DNA of 63,635 nt, the filler included, from Collodictyon triciliatum (taxonomy: Eukaryota), in assembly GCA_043381765.1 (NCBI GenBank). It is 5 parts of 5 records of this genome, joined end to end, with 100 filler letters (N's around TTAATTAATTAA, not from the genome) between each part and the next. Parts side by side here need not be neighbours in the genome. Positions count along the whole stretch, not along the records: positions 1 to 17,510 come from JBHJMP010001802.1; positions 17,611 to 32,134 come from JBHJMP010001803.1; 3 more parts are not named here. One strand, written 5' to 3'. The notes below the pieces were generated by a model. The model did not search any database and was not told the origin of the DNA. It saw nothing but the letters and a program-made list of their open reading frames with translations. The position numbers and the translations under genes are program-made. Below, in pieces: positions 1 through 29,400 of the stretch. Positions within the stretch are counted from its first letter, which is position 1. The number at the start of each line of letters is the position of its first letter.

Positions 1-98
1 AAATCAAATCAAATCAAATCAAATCAAATCAAATCAAATCAAATCAAATCAAATCAAATCAAATCAAATCAAATCAAATCAAATCAAATCAAATCAAA
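1..98 (+). repeat. (AAATC)n microsatellite
   Basis: Perfect pentamer array at the window start. Confidence 0.95.
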
Positions 99-204
99 TG
101 ATTTGATTTATGAACACCAAGCTTATTTATGCATTTATACCTGCAATGTATTATTGTCACCTTTGATCAAGCCATTTAAGATGAACCCCATTTTAATCAC
201 CTAG

Positions 205-2048
205 GATGTCTATGACATGCTCTCTAGAATAATGAATCTATATGACAGGTTTCTGTACATTTTTACCCGGCATTATATGGCGTTACACGAATTTCTTAGT
301 AGCCCATTACTCTGTCGTATATATTACTAATCTTCCTATGACCAAGCTCATGATTATTCTTATTCCTTCATTTCAACTAGTCATGTAACGTACTATGGCG
401 AGATAACAAAAGAATCGTTATTTTGCATAAAGAACACTGCCAAGTACCGAGAGTTTTGCCTCCTGACATCTAAACTTCAACAAGTGAGTCATCAAACTGG
501 AAAGTCCCTTGCTGATGTACCTTTTTTCCGTTCCGTCTTGATAAAAAAAAAGCGTTAGGTTAACTCCATTTGCTCAGAATTCTGCATTGTGGACCAACAG
601 AAAGAGAATCAAAAAAAAAAAGCATATTACATTTCTCTGAAATGCAGGTCAACGTGAATGAGTTTGAAGAACACGAAAGATTATGCTTCTTTATTAACGT
701 TTACAACACGCTTAATCTGCACGCCACGGTGGATGCTGCTGAAGACTTCAAGCTAATTCGTCCTTTGACATTTTTTCAACAAGCCTGTTACGACATCGGT
801 GGATACCTCTACACCCTGGATGATATCGAGCACGGCATAATCCGAGGAAACTCGGCGGCCACGCAATTGATGGGAAATATATGTAATTAGTCCTTCCTTG
901 GTCTTCTCAGTATTCTTTTTCCTTCTCTTGCATATATTTCAGAAGGCTAGCAACACTGGTAACATGCGATAAATCGTGTCATTTTATGTAATTTTGAAGC
1001 AACATCACTGAAGAAGATTGATCGGAGGGACCCACGATTCCCTTTTGTGAGTTTGTACTTTAGCTTTCCTTGCACTGTTTCTTACTGATTTCAATGTAAG
1101 CGTAGAGGCAAATATAAATCTTTCAGAGCCAACCTTATGAATGTCGAGCTTTGCGCTCGGCTTCTTTTGTATATTCTGGAGTATCACCATCCACAGTTCT
1201 CGACTTATATTTCTTTCTTTTTTTCCGCAGGTAATCAAGACTACGACGCCATTCATCAATTTTGTGTTGTGGTCCGGCTTTAAGTCTGGGCCCTGTGTTC
1301 GCATTTACCAGTAAATACTATTCCAATATCTGACATAGGTTGGATGTAATAGCAACATCTCACATTCATCCCGTTCATATACTAATCACACTTCCCCCTC
1401 GTATCTTGCCCTTGCATACAAGTGCCGAGAACATATTAGTAGAAATGATGATTGCTGCAAAAGAGTACATCTCGAGTCACTTTCAGTTTGATTCTGTCAA
1501 ATATGAGGTTCCACTTTTTATTGGTTGTGCTCTATTTCTACCCTGTCTTTGTTGGCCTTACTTTGTATGAAATGGATTCACACAGTCACGTTTCTTTTCT
1601 TTTCATTTTATTTAAAGAACTGGCAATCGAGTGGAAAAGAATGCATTGTCACGCGCATACCACATCTGTAACCATGGAAATTTTATGAATGAGATATAAA
1701 CTCACTGATACGATTGTCACGGGATAGATAACGCTTCCAAAGCTCATCGATTACAACCAGCAAGATTTTGGCGGTTCGCGGGCTGCAATTGTTTTCTGGC
1801 TGAAAGCAGGGTCGCTATTGGGAAGGTCTCAGGCTCTTTGCCTGATGGCTGCGTGGGCTGCACGTTCCGATCACTCCATCAACTTCGATGCCTTCCACAC
1901 ATCCTTCCAGTATCACATCAGTGCAGACTGCGTTCTCAACACGCTCGATATGTCAAACTATGGCTGGGCGATGGCAAGGCGACTGCGGGCAACAAAGCAT
2001 TATGAGACACCATCACCCACTCAGTCGGCATCTGCGCCCATTGAGTAG
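205..2048 (+). CDS. DUF547-domain protein, multi-exon, 5' end outside the window
   Basis: Spliced translation includes ERLCFFINVYNTLNLHA, YDIGGYLYTLDDIEHGIIRGN, PFINFVLWSGFKSGPCVRIY and ITLPKLIDYNQQDFG, typical DUF547 motifs; GT-AG introns; TAG at 2046-2048. Confidence 0.75.
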
Positions 2049-2544
2049 AGCACTCGCCACACCCGTGTACGTTTGCTTGTTTGTCTGTAGTCTTCCCTTT
2101 CGCCCGACACCCAACTTCTTCCGGACTTTCCTTCTGTTCGTCGTATTGTTGCTTCTCCTGTCAAACTTTACCTTTTTTTCCTAGAAACATACTATAATCG
2201 GGATTGTTGCCTCGCAAAGTCCTGTATCTTTTTCCACTTTTATGAGAAAAGGAAATAAACACAAAACGCACACACACAAAAATAAAACACAATTGAATCG
2301 AGAGAATGAACGGAGAAGAGATAAAGTTGAGTGCAATAAGAAAAGCTGATGAGCTCATTGGTCCGCGCAGCCGTCTTCCATATGCGTGCCACCGCTGCCC
2401 TTACTCTTTTTTTTTCTCTTTCTCTCTTCCTTTCTTTCCTTCTCTTCTTTGATCGTGCCGTCTTTATCGGAGTTTGGACAGCCTCTCGGAGTCTAAAAGT
2501 GATTCAACAGCACAGAAGGACAGCAAAGCAGCCGGAGCCGATCA

Positions 2545-5500
2545 ATGTCAAAACTCCCGCCGATCAACAGCGCCCGAGGTGCAGACTCGTTCGAAAGGGG
2601 TTCCGTGTCGAGTCGGTCGAGATCAAATCGAACGCCGGTGTCCGCAGAGTTTGATTCGCTGTCATCTTCGCCTTCCTCGACGGTGTCTGCTTCGCACTTG
2701 GAGCTCGGTTGGAACAGCACAACAGAGTCTCGCAAACAGACACCACTGCGAAGCACCGCTGCGGATTCAACAGCGCATGTTTTGGGTGATGATGCGTTCT
2801 TGCCTGATGATGGCGCGGGTGTTGGGTTTGCCTCTTTGCGAGGACTCCGAACGGGATTGGACGGGGACGAGAGGCGCTTGGGCGGTGCAGAAAAAGTGGG
2901 TTTCTTGCCGGTTGCAGGCAAAAAAGGTGGCAAGAAAGATCAGTCGCCTGTAGAGGCGAAAGCTGAGGGAAGTCGCAGGCTTTCTCATGGGAAGAAGCAC
3001 GAACAATACGATAGAAAAAGCGAAGGAGTAACCGACTTTGATGCAGTTGGAATCTCTCTCGATGATAGATTGCAAGTACCCGCTTCTGGTAAAATTATTC
3101 TTAGTTGTTGTGACTTGAATACAAAAAAAAAAAAAAAAGGATAGAAAAAGATAGAAAAAAAAAGATAACTATACCTTCCTTTCTTCGTGGATAGGGATAT
3201 ATTTTAATGTTTATGATAGCTAGCAAAGATTTTCTTTTTAAACAAGAAATGTCGATGCAGACCATGAACAGGTCAAAAAGGAGTCAGAAGTTACGAGAGA
3301 GGAAGCAAGTAGCAGGGATGCAGACACCCAAAGACCAGCCAATCTCAAAGAGCAAAAGTATGTCATGGTGTTGCTGCAGAAGGTAAGTAGGATTAGTGAT
3401 AAAATTCAAACTTTACGTCATTTGTAATTTCATAATGATTGAGGTCGTTTTCAGTAAGAGATAAAAATAAAAATAAAAATAAAAATAAAAAGGGAAAGAA
3501 ATACTCTGACCATCCCACTTTTTAATTTAATCAGGTGGATATGATTAAAAACGCAAAGTTGAGCGAGATGGACCACAAAATTTCTCTTTCGACAGAAGAA
3601 GCCCAAGATTTAAGTATTCTAAAGAAAGATCAGAAGCTCTTGAAGCATTGGATGAAAATATACAAAGAGTCTAAAAAGTATGTGGGCTCAATCAAGAGAA
3701 TTTATGATAAAAATCAAATAAATTATGTGTAAATAATGAAATAGTTATCATATCTTCATAATTTACAATTCAAATTATTTTGCTATCGATTCGTTTAGGA
3801 AAGGCACATTGCCAACAGTTGAGATTCACTTTGGCGATGAATTGTTACAGCATGTTGCACTTGAGCCAGCCACAAATCCAAATATTGAAACAGAGTCTAC
3901 ACCAACAACATATCCTATACTCAGCCGATCGGTAGAAGTATCTGGAATAAATATGAGTAAAGATGAGGAGAATGCAGATGCCAATTCCCCTTTTGATTAC
4001 GACGTAATTTTTCTAGCTTTTTGTAAAGCACATTTGCATGTTAACATGTGATTAATGTAAGTTAAAGAAATAAAGCTAAATAAATGAAGATTTACATTTT
4101 GGTTGTAACCCTTTAGTCGACTCGCGCTCGCCTTATGGAAATAGAAAGCGAAAAAAATAGATTGATAGAAAAGCTCAATTCCATGAAACAGCATTGGAAT
4201 GAAAGCAACGTAGTGTTCTTAATTCTTTTCTATTAAAATGCAGAAACATACCGGAAAATTGAATGATATCAACTGCATGAATGCAAAGTTGAATTATTTT
4301 TCTGTATTAAAGTTCAAGTTTTAAACACTATCCTTTCTGTCATAAAAGCCACCAAACATACAACCTGGAATATCAATCGGCACTGTTGAATCAGCGGGAG
4401 ATCCACAAAGAAAGTCATCTTTCCCACGCTCGGCTGTATGTTTGTATAGGAAAAACACCACCATATACAATGTGTCACCTACATAGCCTTTTTTCTATAG
4501 CTGTTACTTATTATTCGTGCGATAAATCATTTGTTTACGTACTAAATTTACATTTAGCCTAAATCTGAGCCTCCGCTCGGTCACGGCGGTTTACAGACAT
4601 CGTGTAAGACATCTTTCGCGTGTCCTTTTTTTTTTTTTTTTTTTTTTTGTCACTTGTCGCGAAAATATGTGCAAAGAAGATTCATAAAATAAGAGGAACC
4701 ATACATTTAATCTAATTAAAAATGCTCTGTTCCAGCGGAGTTTAAACCATCTCTCATTCGTGTGGGCTTTGACAAGACAGAAGTCGAAATAAATGGAGAT
4801 ATTTACGTAAACATGGAGGATATGAAAGCATCGTGCTCAGTGATATTTGGACTCCCAGAGGATTTAATCGAGTTGCACCTGAAGTCGATACATCCATTAT
4901 CGATGGAGCTGAAGTTGATAGAAACAGGTATCGATTCAAGTTAACTTTAACACCTACTCATAAATTAACAAAAAGATGACTACTTTTATTCATGTTTGTT
5001 GGTTAAGAAGCGAACTGAATAAAATCGCACCTTGTATTAGATGGGGTCATATACGGAGAGCCTTTACGTAAGGGGTTTATCTTCATTACATAGAAATATG
5101 TCAAAACCCCTCTCCGTAAACCGTGTCAAACTCGCAACACAAGGTTTCTCCAAGGCCGCTGCGCACAAACTCGTTCAAATAACCTCGGAGGCTCTGGACA
5201 TGGCCCATCAGAAGATGAATCATGTTTTGAAAAATCGGTTCCGATATGAAGAAAATATTCTGTTAATTCGTGATTTATCAAAAAAGCTACCAGATATATC
5301 CAAAGAATGTCAAAGCATTCAGAGAGTTATTCATACCGATTTCTCTGGACATGTCACATTTGATGTTTGTTTAGATATATTTAATCATGAGTGCGCCATA
5401 TGTTTGCTCAAGCGGGTGCGAAAACTCATTTTTAACCAGTGTGTTTAACCTTATTGTTTTTAGAGGATACGCCATATCCAAGAAATAGCGGAAACTCTGG

Positions 5501-6971
5501 AACCTTTGCCGAACGATGCATTTATTCCTACGATAGATAAAAACGAATCTGAGTTTATCGTTAAGATTAGGGAGCAGTTTCACTATATTGAAATCGAACC
5601 CGACGGAAATAGTGTCTTCAACGCAATAGCCAAAGTTTGCTTCATACCATAATTTTTCCCCCCACGATGCTATCAATATATGAACTTTTTTTTTTTGTGC
5701 TTATGCGACCATTTGATTGCACTATATTTTATAGACCCATAATTAGAGCGAGTGGCAAGGCATGGTAATATGAATTCATACTAGGGCCTACTAGCTCGTA
5801 AATTGAAGGAGCCTCCCACGTCCTTTGCGGTGGAGGATATTATGAGCCACCTTTCCAAAAAAGTGCTTCATAATACCTTTTCTTTGCTGTAATCAAACCA
5901 ACTTCTTATCTTGGTGAATACTTATCGGCATATACGGCGCTACTGACATCACATTGCCTATCACAACACAGTCGAGTAAAGCAGACACGAAGCCAGATGC
6001 CAGTGAAACCCGACATCAGATACTGAATCATATTCTGTCAAAGAAAATAATCTACCGAAGAAAAATATCCGAAGCTTTACAGTAAATTCACTATTCACTG
6101 GACTTTCAATACATTTGTTGTCTCTGTTTCACAATACACATACCATGCAATATAAAAGCGGTAATGTCGCCATCCACGACCGTTCAGCTTTTTGTAAGTG
6201 GCTTTTTGATGCATGATAACTGTACAGGTTTGCCATGAATTACCCCGAGGGAGACTTAACCAGTGATTTCCTGAGAGCCTCTTTGCTCTCCAAATTACCA
6301 GATATCACGGCAGAACTGCTTGAAACTACAGAGGCCCACTCAATATATATCGATGTATTTATTTCATGCATGATCTGTTTGCATTTTATTTTCATCGCAA
6401 ATCGAGCATGCTCTTTTCAATTAATTGATATTAGCCTAATCAACGTGTAACTCTCTCTCCCCTTTCTTTCTTTGCGTTTATACTAAGTGAAGTTATTTGA
6501 AAGGTTCTTCGAAGGGACAAGATGCGAGGACAAATGTTGGAAGTGTTTGCAGCTTCGATAAACTATGATATCCCCGTTGCGGTATACTATTATGGGGGAA
6601 GTGTGCGGACTGTAGACGGCCTCATTCCAGCAGAGAGGTGAATATTCAATAATAATAAAAATAAAAAAGGCGCATTTTCTTCCGTGAAATATATTCGTTG
6701 TGTTATTTCGTGGGCTATCTCGTACAATGAGACCACTTTTTTAAAATAAAAACACAAAACACGAATCACAAAAACAAATGAAAAAAAACATGAATATATC
6801 AGTTTTAAATGTGTGACTACATTTTCCCCTAGATTTAATGACGAGATGGCCAAAGTTACTCCGTATTTGAATCTGCTCTTTGTGTTACGAACCCAGAGTT
6901 TTCATTTACTGCTCAGCAAAACAGATTTCCCGAAACGTCGTCAGTCCTCCTTCTTCAGCATGTGTAAATAG
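2545..6971 (+). CDS. Multi-exon protein with low-complexity N-terminus and C-terminal OTU-like domain, apparently catalytically dead
   Basis: Phase-consistent exon chain from ATG 2545 to TAG 6969-6971; IEPDGNSVFNAIAK (5593-5634) and YIDVLRRDKMRGQMLEVFAASINYDIPVAVY resemble OTU motifs. Confidence 0.6.
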
Positions 6972-7499
6972 TAGTATAGTTTTTTTTCAACTTATGGGCA
7001 CGGCGCGCACGGGTTTAATATGCCTGCTGTTGTTAACATGTCTGGCTCATTTCCTTCACCTTACCAACGATTCAGTTATACATGAACAAAGAACCCTTTT
7101 TTTGAATGTTTAGTATTGCAGAACAAATATTTTTCCAGTCTGATTATTGGCATTAATCACGTCGAGCGATATGTAAGAATAAAACCGGGTACATAAACAT
7201 GTTTCCTTTATTTTATTGCAAAAAAAAAAAGAAGAGACGAAGTAGGCAGTTGGTTGAATAATAATATTAAAAAAAAAGAAAAAATTGAGGCTGACACATA
7301 TCAGTGATATATTGAATATAAGTCAGTTCAAAACAGGAATATAGGTGATTGTGTGTCTTTCATTGTATCCGTATCGCAACTATGCCGTCTTATTTCCTGG
7401 AAAAAACGAAACAAAAAAAACGGCAATATTATTCTTTGATTTTTTTAAATGGCCCTTCTGATAATGAGCGGTTCTGAAGAACAGAAAACAGTGAAAATA

Positions 7500-13296
<5,797 letters not shown>

Positions 13297-14052
13297 CACA
13301 CAGATTTCCTCTCCTTTGGCTGGTTGAGCGTTTGCACTAGGAGCGATGGCCGTCAGAAAGGGAGCATATCTCACCTCTCTCTTTTACATTATTTTTTTAT
13401 ACTTACATTTTATTTCATTCGACTGTTATTTTGGCAGTGGAGTAGGTAACCTCTTTTTTTAAAGAAAAAAACAATTGTTTGGGAGCTTTGGATTCGACCT
13501 GTTTGGCGCTTGTGCACGCCGGAGACTTGCTTGGAAACCTTCAAAGCCTTTTCTTGCTGTTTATTTCGAGGTTTGCCAAGCGAAAACACAGAAGCCGCGA
13601 TGGCCTTTGTACCCTTTCCACATATGGCTGACCATTTCAGGTTCAAACCCGAATGCCCGTTCAGGACAAAAGCCGCGGCAACCATACCATTTTTGATTTC
13701 CACATCAATCGCATTTCCATGAAGGCGCCGTCAATGCGTCACTAGTTTGCGAAGCTCGCTCGATTCCTGCGTGCAATCGATGTTGGTTTTTTTATTATAT
13801 TATTTCTAAAGGACACTACTTCACTATAATCTTAAGCAGCGCTCTGTGAATCGGCAGAGGAAGAACTGCATGAAAGTCGCGTGAATCAAAGGCTCGAGCG
13901 AAGAAACAAAGAGCCGACTTTGACTCCGAGCAGAGACAGCAAGTCGAGCGACTCAGTCCCGTTCGCTCGGCATGCAGCCCAACACCGTCTAACTTCAATA
14001 AAAAAAAAACACCCCAACAGGAGCCAAACCCGCTGAGGACTAAGGCAGAAGC

Positions 14053-17311
<3,259 letters not shown>

Positions 17312-17510
17312 GTATTTCAGGGTGTATCCATTTCTCATCAGAGCTATGCGTTCTTCACTCTTCATGTTCGCCCTCATATTCGTTTTTCTTTTCTCCATCT
17401 CATTAACTAAACTTTTTTTCTTTTTTTTCTTTTTTTCTTTTTTTCTTTTTTTCTTTTTTTCTTTTTTTCTTTTTTTCTTTTTTTCTTTTTTTCTTTTTTT
17501 CTTTTTTTCT

Positions 17511-17610
17511 NNNNNNNNNNNNNNNNNNNNNNNNNNNNNNNNNNNNNNNNNNNNTTAATTAATTAANNNNNNNNNNNNNNNNNNNNNNNNNNNNNNNNNN
17601 NNNNNNNNNN
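17511..17610. other. 100-nt scaffold linker N44-TTAATTAATTAA-N44
   Basis: Identical structure recurs four times; all-frame stop linker. Confidence 0.95.

Positions 17611-17703
<93 letters not shown>
17611..17703 (+). repeat. (TAA)n microsatellite
   Basis: Trimer array after the linker. Confidence 0.95.
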
Positions 17704-17704
<1 letters not shown>

Positions 17705-17759
17705 TCCAGGTACATGCATACCTATGAAAGGAACGCAGTTCGGTTTTAGGATTGAAGAA

Positions 17760-26089
<8,330 letters not shown>

Positions 26090-26437
26090 GGAGATGGAGG
26101 GAGGAAAAAAAACAAAAGGCAAAATGACAATGCCTTTCATGCCTAGAGGAGCTTCTGGTAAAGAAATCAGAAACGAACGAGTAGCAGCCACAGAAATAAA
26201 AAGAAAAATAAAGAGACGACGATTATGAAAAGAGGAATAAAAATAAAAAAATGGAAAATATGCGAATCATTTTATTATATATATTAGGAATAGGTACAAA
26301 AGTACCGACTTGAAGATGAATCGATTTATTTGACCAGTTTGACACTTTGGAACAAGAAAGGAAAAAAAAAAAGAAGAAAATGAAAATGAAAGCGAACTGC
26401 CCAATAGCCCTATATAATCAGAAGAGAGTTCAACGAT

Positions 26438-29400
26438 TTACTCTGCTGTCGCATAGGAGTGCATTCTGTTCTCGTAAATGCTGTCGAGGCCATAAGGTGA
26501 ATCCGTGCTTCGCATAATCACCTCAAGCGGGGGCAAATCCATCAGTGATGAGCGAAAGTTTTTTTGCACCAGAAGCTCCGGCGTATCTACGATGTGTCAA
26601 TATAGTTAGATAGGTCAAAAAAAAAAAAAGATGTTTCAATAGTGCATAATATGTCTACCAAAGTCCACAAGCCGATAATTGTTTTTTTAGATAGATATAT
26701 GATAGTAATTGGGAATTATATATGTATATCTAATCAGTTCCCTTATTATTATTATTTTTATTATTATATGACTCGTATAACTTGATTCATTAACATTTTA
26801 TCTCGCCATCTTTCTTTATAAATATAAATCCCAAAATAGCTGCGTCGTATTTATGTGCTTCTCACCCGCAAAGTTTATCAGTCCTAGCTCCGGTGATGGC
26901 GATTCTACCAAGTTTGCATGAGCATGGAAAAGAAGGGAGAATTAATGCCTCGTTAGTACTACTATTTTGGCTTGAGCCTTATATTTATTGTACTTTGTAT
27001 ATTATTTACTCTTTTCCTGCAACTTTAATATTGCAATATGTTTTATGTGGCATAGTTCACTATATGTCTATACTTGCTGACTCCGCAATTGACGTAAGGT
27101 GGGAATCGGTCATATCATTCGTTCGGTTATTAACTCCTACGCCGGAATACTCTGAAATATTCGATGCATCTCTTACCTAATTCATCATGTTCATTTGAAG
27201 TAAACATGTGATTTGAATTGATGAACAGCATCTATGTGCTATGGAGTTCAATATTCATCTGTTTGTCATGGTTATTATCTCCAAAATAATAACATTTTGA
27301 ACATATTGCACTAGTCCATATTGCATGGGTACAAAGGAGTGAACCTACTGTCTGAATATCAATCCTTATATATATATCGCACAAACCATTTCTCCTTCAT
27401 GCCTGGAATCTGTCACATCTTCGATTACTATGGGAAAATCACATTCGTTTTGTTGCCCTGTTGGCTCGCATCCTACCTCTCCAGAATCGAAGCAATAGCT
27501 CTGAATACGAGTCCCGAATCCAGCAAAAAAGTGTTTGAAGTGTTTTCTAGATTACCGTAGATGAAATTCAGCTTTTTGTCTATAACATGTCAGGTGATTG
27601 CGTCATAAATCATGGATTATACAGCTGGTCAGCGCGAGCTAAATTGCAGTCCCACCTAAAGGACTGTTTGTCCCATCGAAGACAAATTGCTTCGCTCTCG
27701 GAAAAGACACTGGCAGTTCGTCTGCACTCCTCAGTCAGCAATGCGATCTCCCCAAAATAATCTCCTGTTTGAAGTTGTGAAGAGAATTTTACAGAGTCGA
27801 CTCCAACACTGATGCTGATAATACCCTATAATGTGTGTGAGGGGTTGGGAAAAATAAGCTTTATCTTTAGATTTATGAGTGATAATCTATATACAAAAGG
27901 AGAACCTTTGGAGAAATACGTGGATTCTATATTATATAACTGGATATAGTAAGAAAATCATTGAAAATAATGATGATTCGTACATCGTAGTGATTATCAT
28001 TCTTTAAGTTAATTAAAAACAGAAATAAAAAAGAATAGAGTTTCAAAGGGTACAAAGCGTGCGCTCGAGGAAATAAAATTCTAAGAACCAAGAAAAATTG
28101 TTACCGAATAAACCATGTAAAAGTAGTGTCCCTCTGTCTCCTGCTCGATAATCATATCCCCAGGTGCATACTTTATTACTTCCAGCGAATCAATCAAAAG
28201 AAATATGTCATAATCATTCATCAACCGGCTGTTTTCTACATGTATAAAATGACACAGTTTAGTTTGGTTTGGTTTGGTTTGGTTTTGGTTTTGGATTGAT
28301 TTGGTTTTGGTTTTGGGTTTGGTTTTGGTTTTTGTTTTTGTTTTGGGTTTGGGTTTGGTTTTTGTTTTTGTTTTTGTTTTGGGTTTGGGTTTGGTTTTGG
28401 TTTTGGTTTTGGTTTTGGTTTTGGGTTTGGTTTTGGGTTTGGTTTTTTGTAAATAAAAAGGATATGCATGCTGACTGTTAGGTATGTTCAATGATCCGAT
28501 GAAGTAACCATGTGAGTACCCGAGAACATATTTGATTGCAGCAAAAATGGTTCGAATTTTAGCCTCTTTCGACTCATAGGTCCATATATGTACTTTTTGA
28601 ACGCAGCCACTTCAACTCTCCACACTGTTGAAGCCCTGGAAGCCTAATTTGTGTATTAATTGAGGTGTTATGTGTCATGCAGTAAATAGAAAATTGCATG
28701 GTAAAAATATGAATGGTTGCGAATCGAGAGAAAGGTCAAATGAACACAGCAAAGAAAATGTGGTTAGAAAAAGAAAAGAGATATAAACAAAAAAGAGAAA
28801 AAGAGAGGGAATTAACAAAAATGTAAAGTTGAATTGAATGAAATGATCACCTGAACCATGGCAGACCTTTCTTCCCCGGTGAGAAGTGACAGTTCACCAA
28901 AGTAATCCCCGTGTTTGAGAAATCTGATATGTACTGCCTTATTTCCATCACTATAATCACAATTGATATATTTTTAATTCATGCAGTTTTGATAAACTCA
29001 AGTCGTAACAATCGCTAATGTTATTATTCATGAGTCTCCTGAAGATGATATCACTTAATTTTTGTAATAAAGTAATGATATTAGTTTTGGCATCCGAAAT
29101 AACAGTACCATGCTCTTTGGACTGCTAATTTTCCTGATTCAACTACAAAAAATGCATCAGCGCTGTCCCCTGAGCATCAATCAAATGAATAACATAAAAA
29201 TAAATTCAGAAATTATTCATTTAGTATCATTAAATAAATAGGAATCATATTATGTGAGATGAAAAACCTTCGTTGATTATCACATCCCCTTTTTCTAAAT
29301 ATTGCAGGCAAAAAGCAGATGCAAAATCCCACCACTAGGTATGATGATGATGGTGATAACAATTATAATACGAATATTAATATTTGCTGAGACCACAATG

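Noticed and set aside
17555-17566. TTAATTAATTAA palindrome recurring four times
   Set aside because: Always centred in 100-nt N blocks: an assembly linker, so gene adjacency across these points is not trustworthy.
17710-17727. Short exon VHAYL-stop as the hydratase-SCP2 C-terminus
   Set aside because: Lies across a linker of unknown size and lacks a PTS1-like ending; cannot be assigned.
28303-28447. TTTTGG/TTTGGG repeats as interstitial telomere
   Set aside because: Mixed units inside an intron, similar to the other compound microsatellites.
28452-28480. ATATCCTTTT on the minus strand inside a cNMP-gene intron
   Set aside because: No U12 branch point near a suitable AC, and a plain GT-AG intron already keeps the frame.
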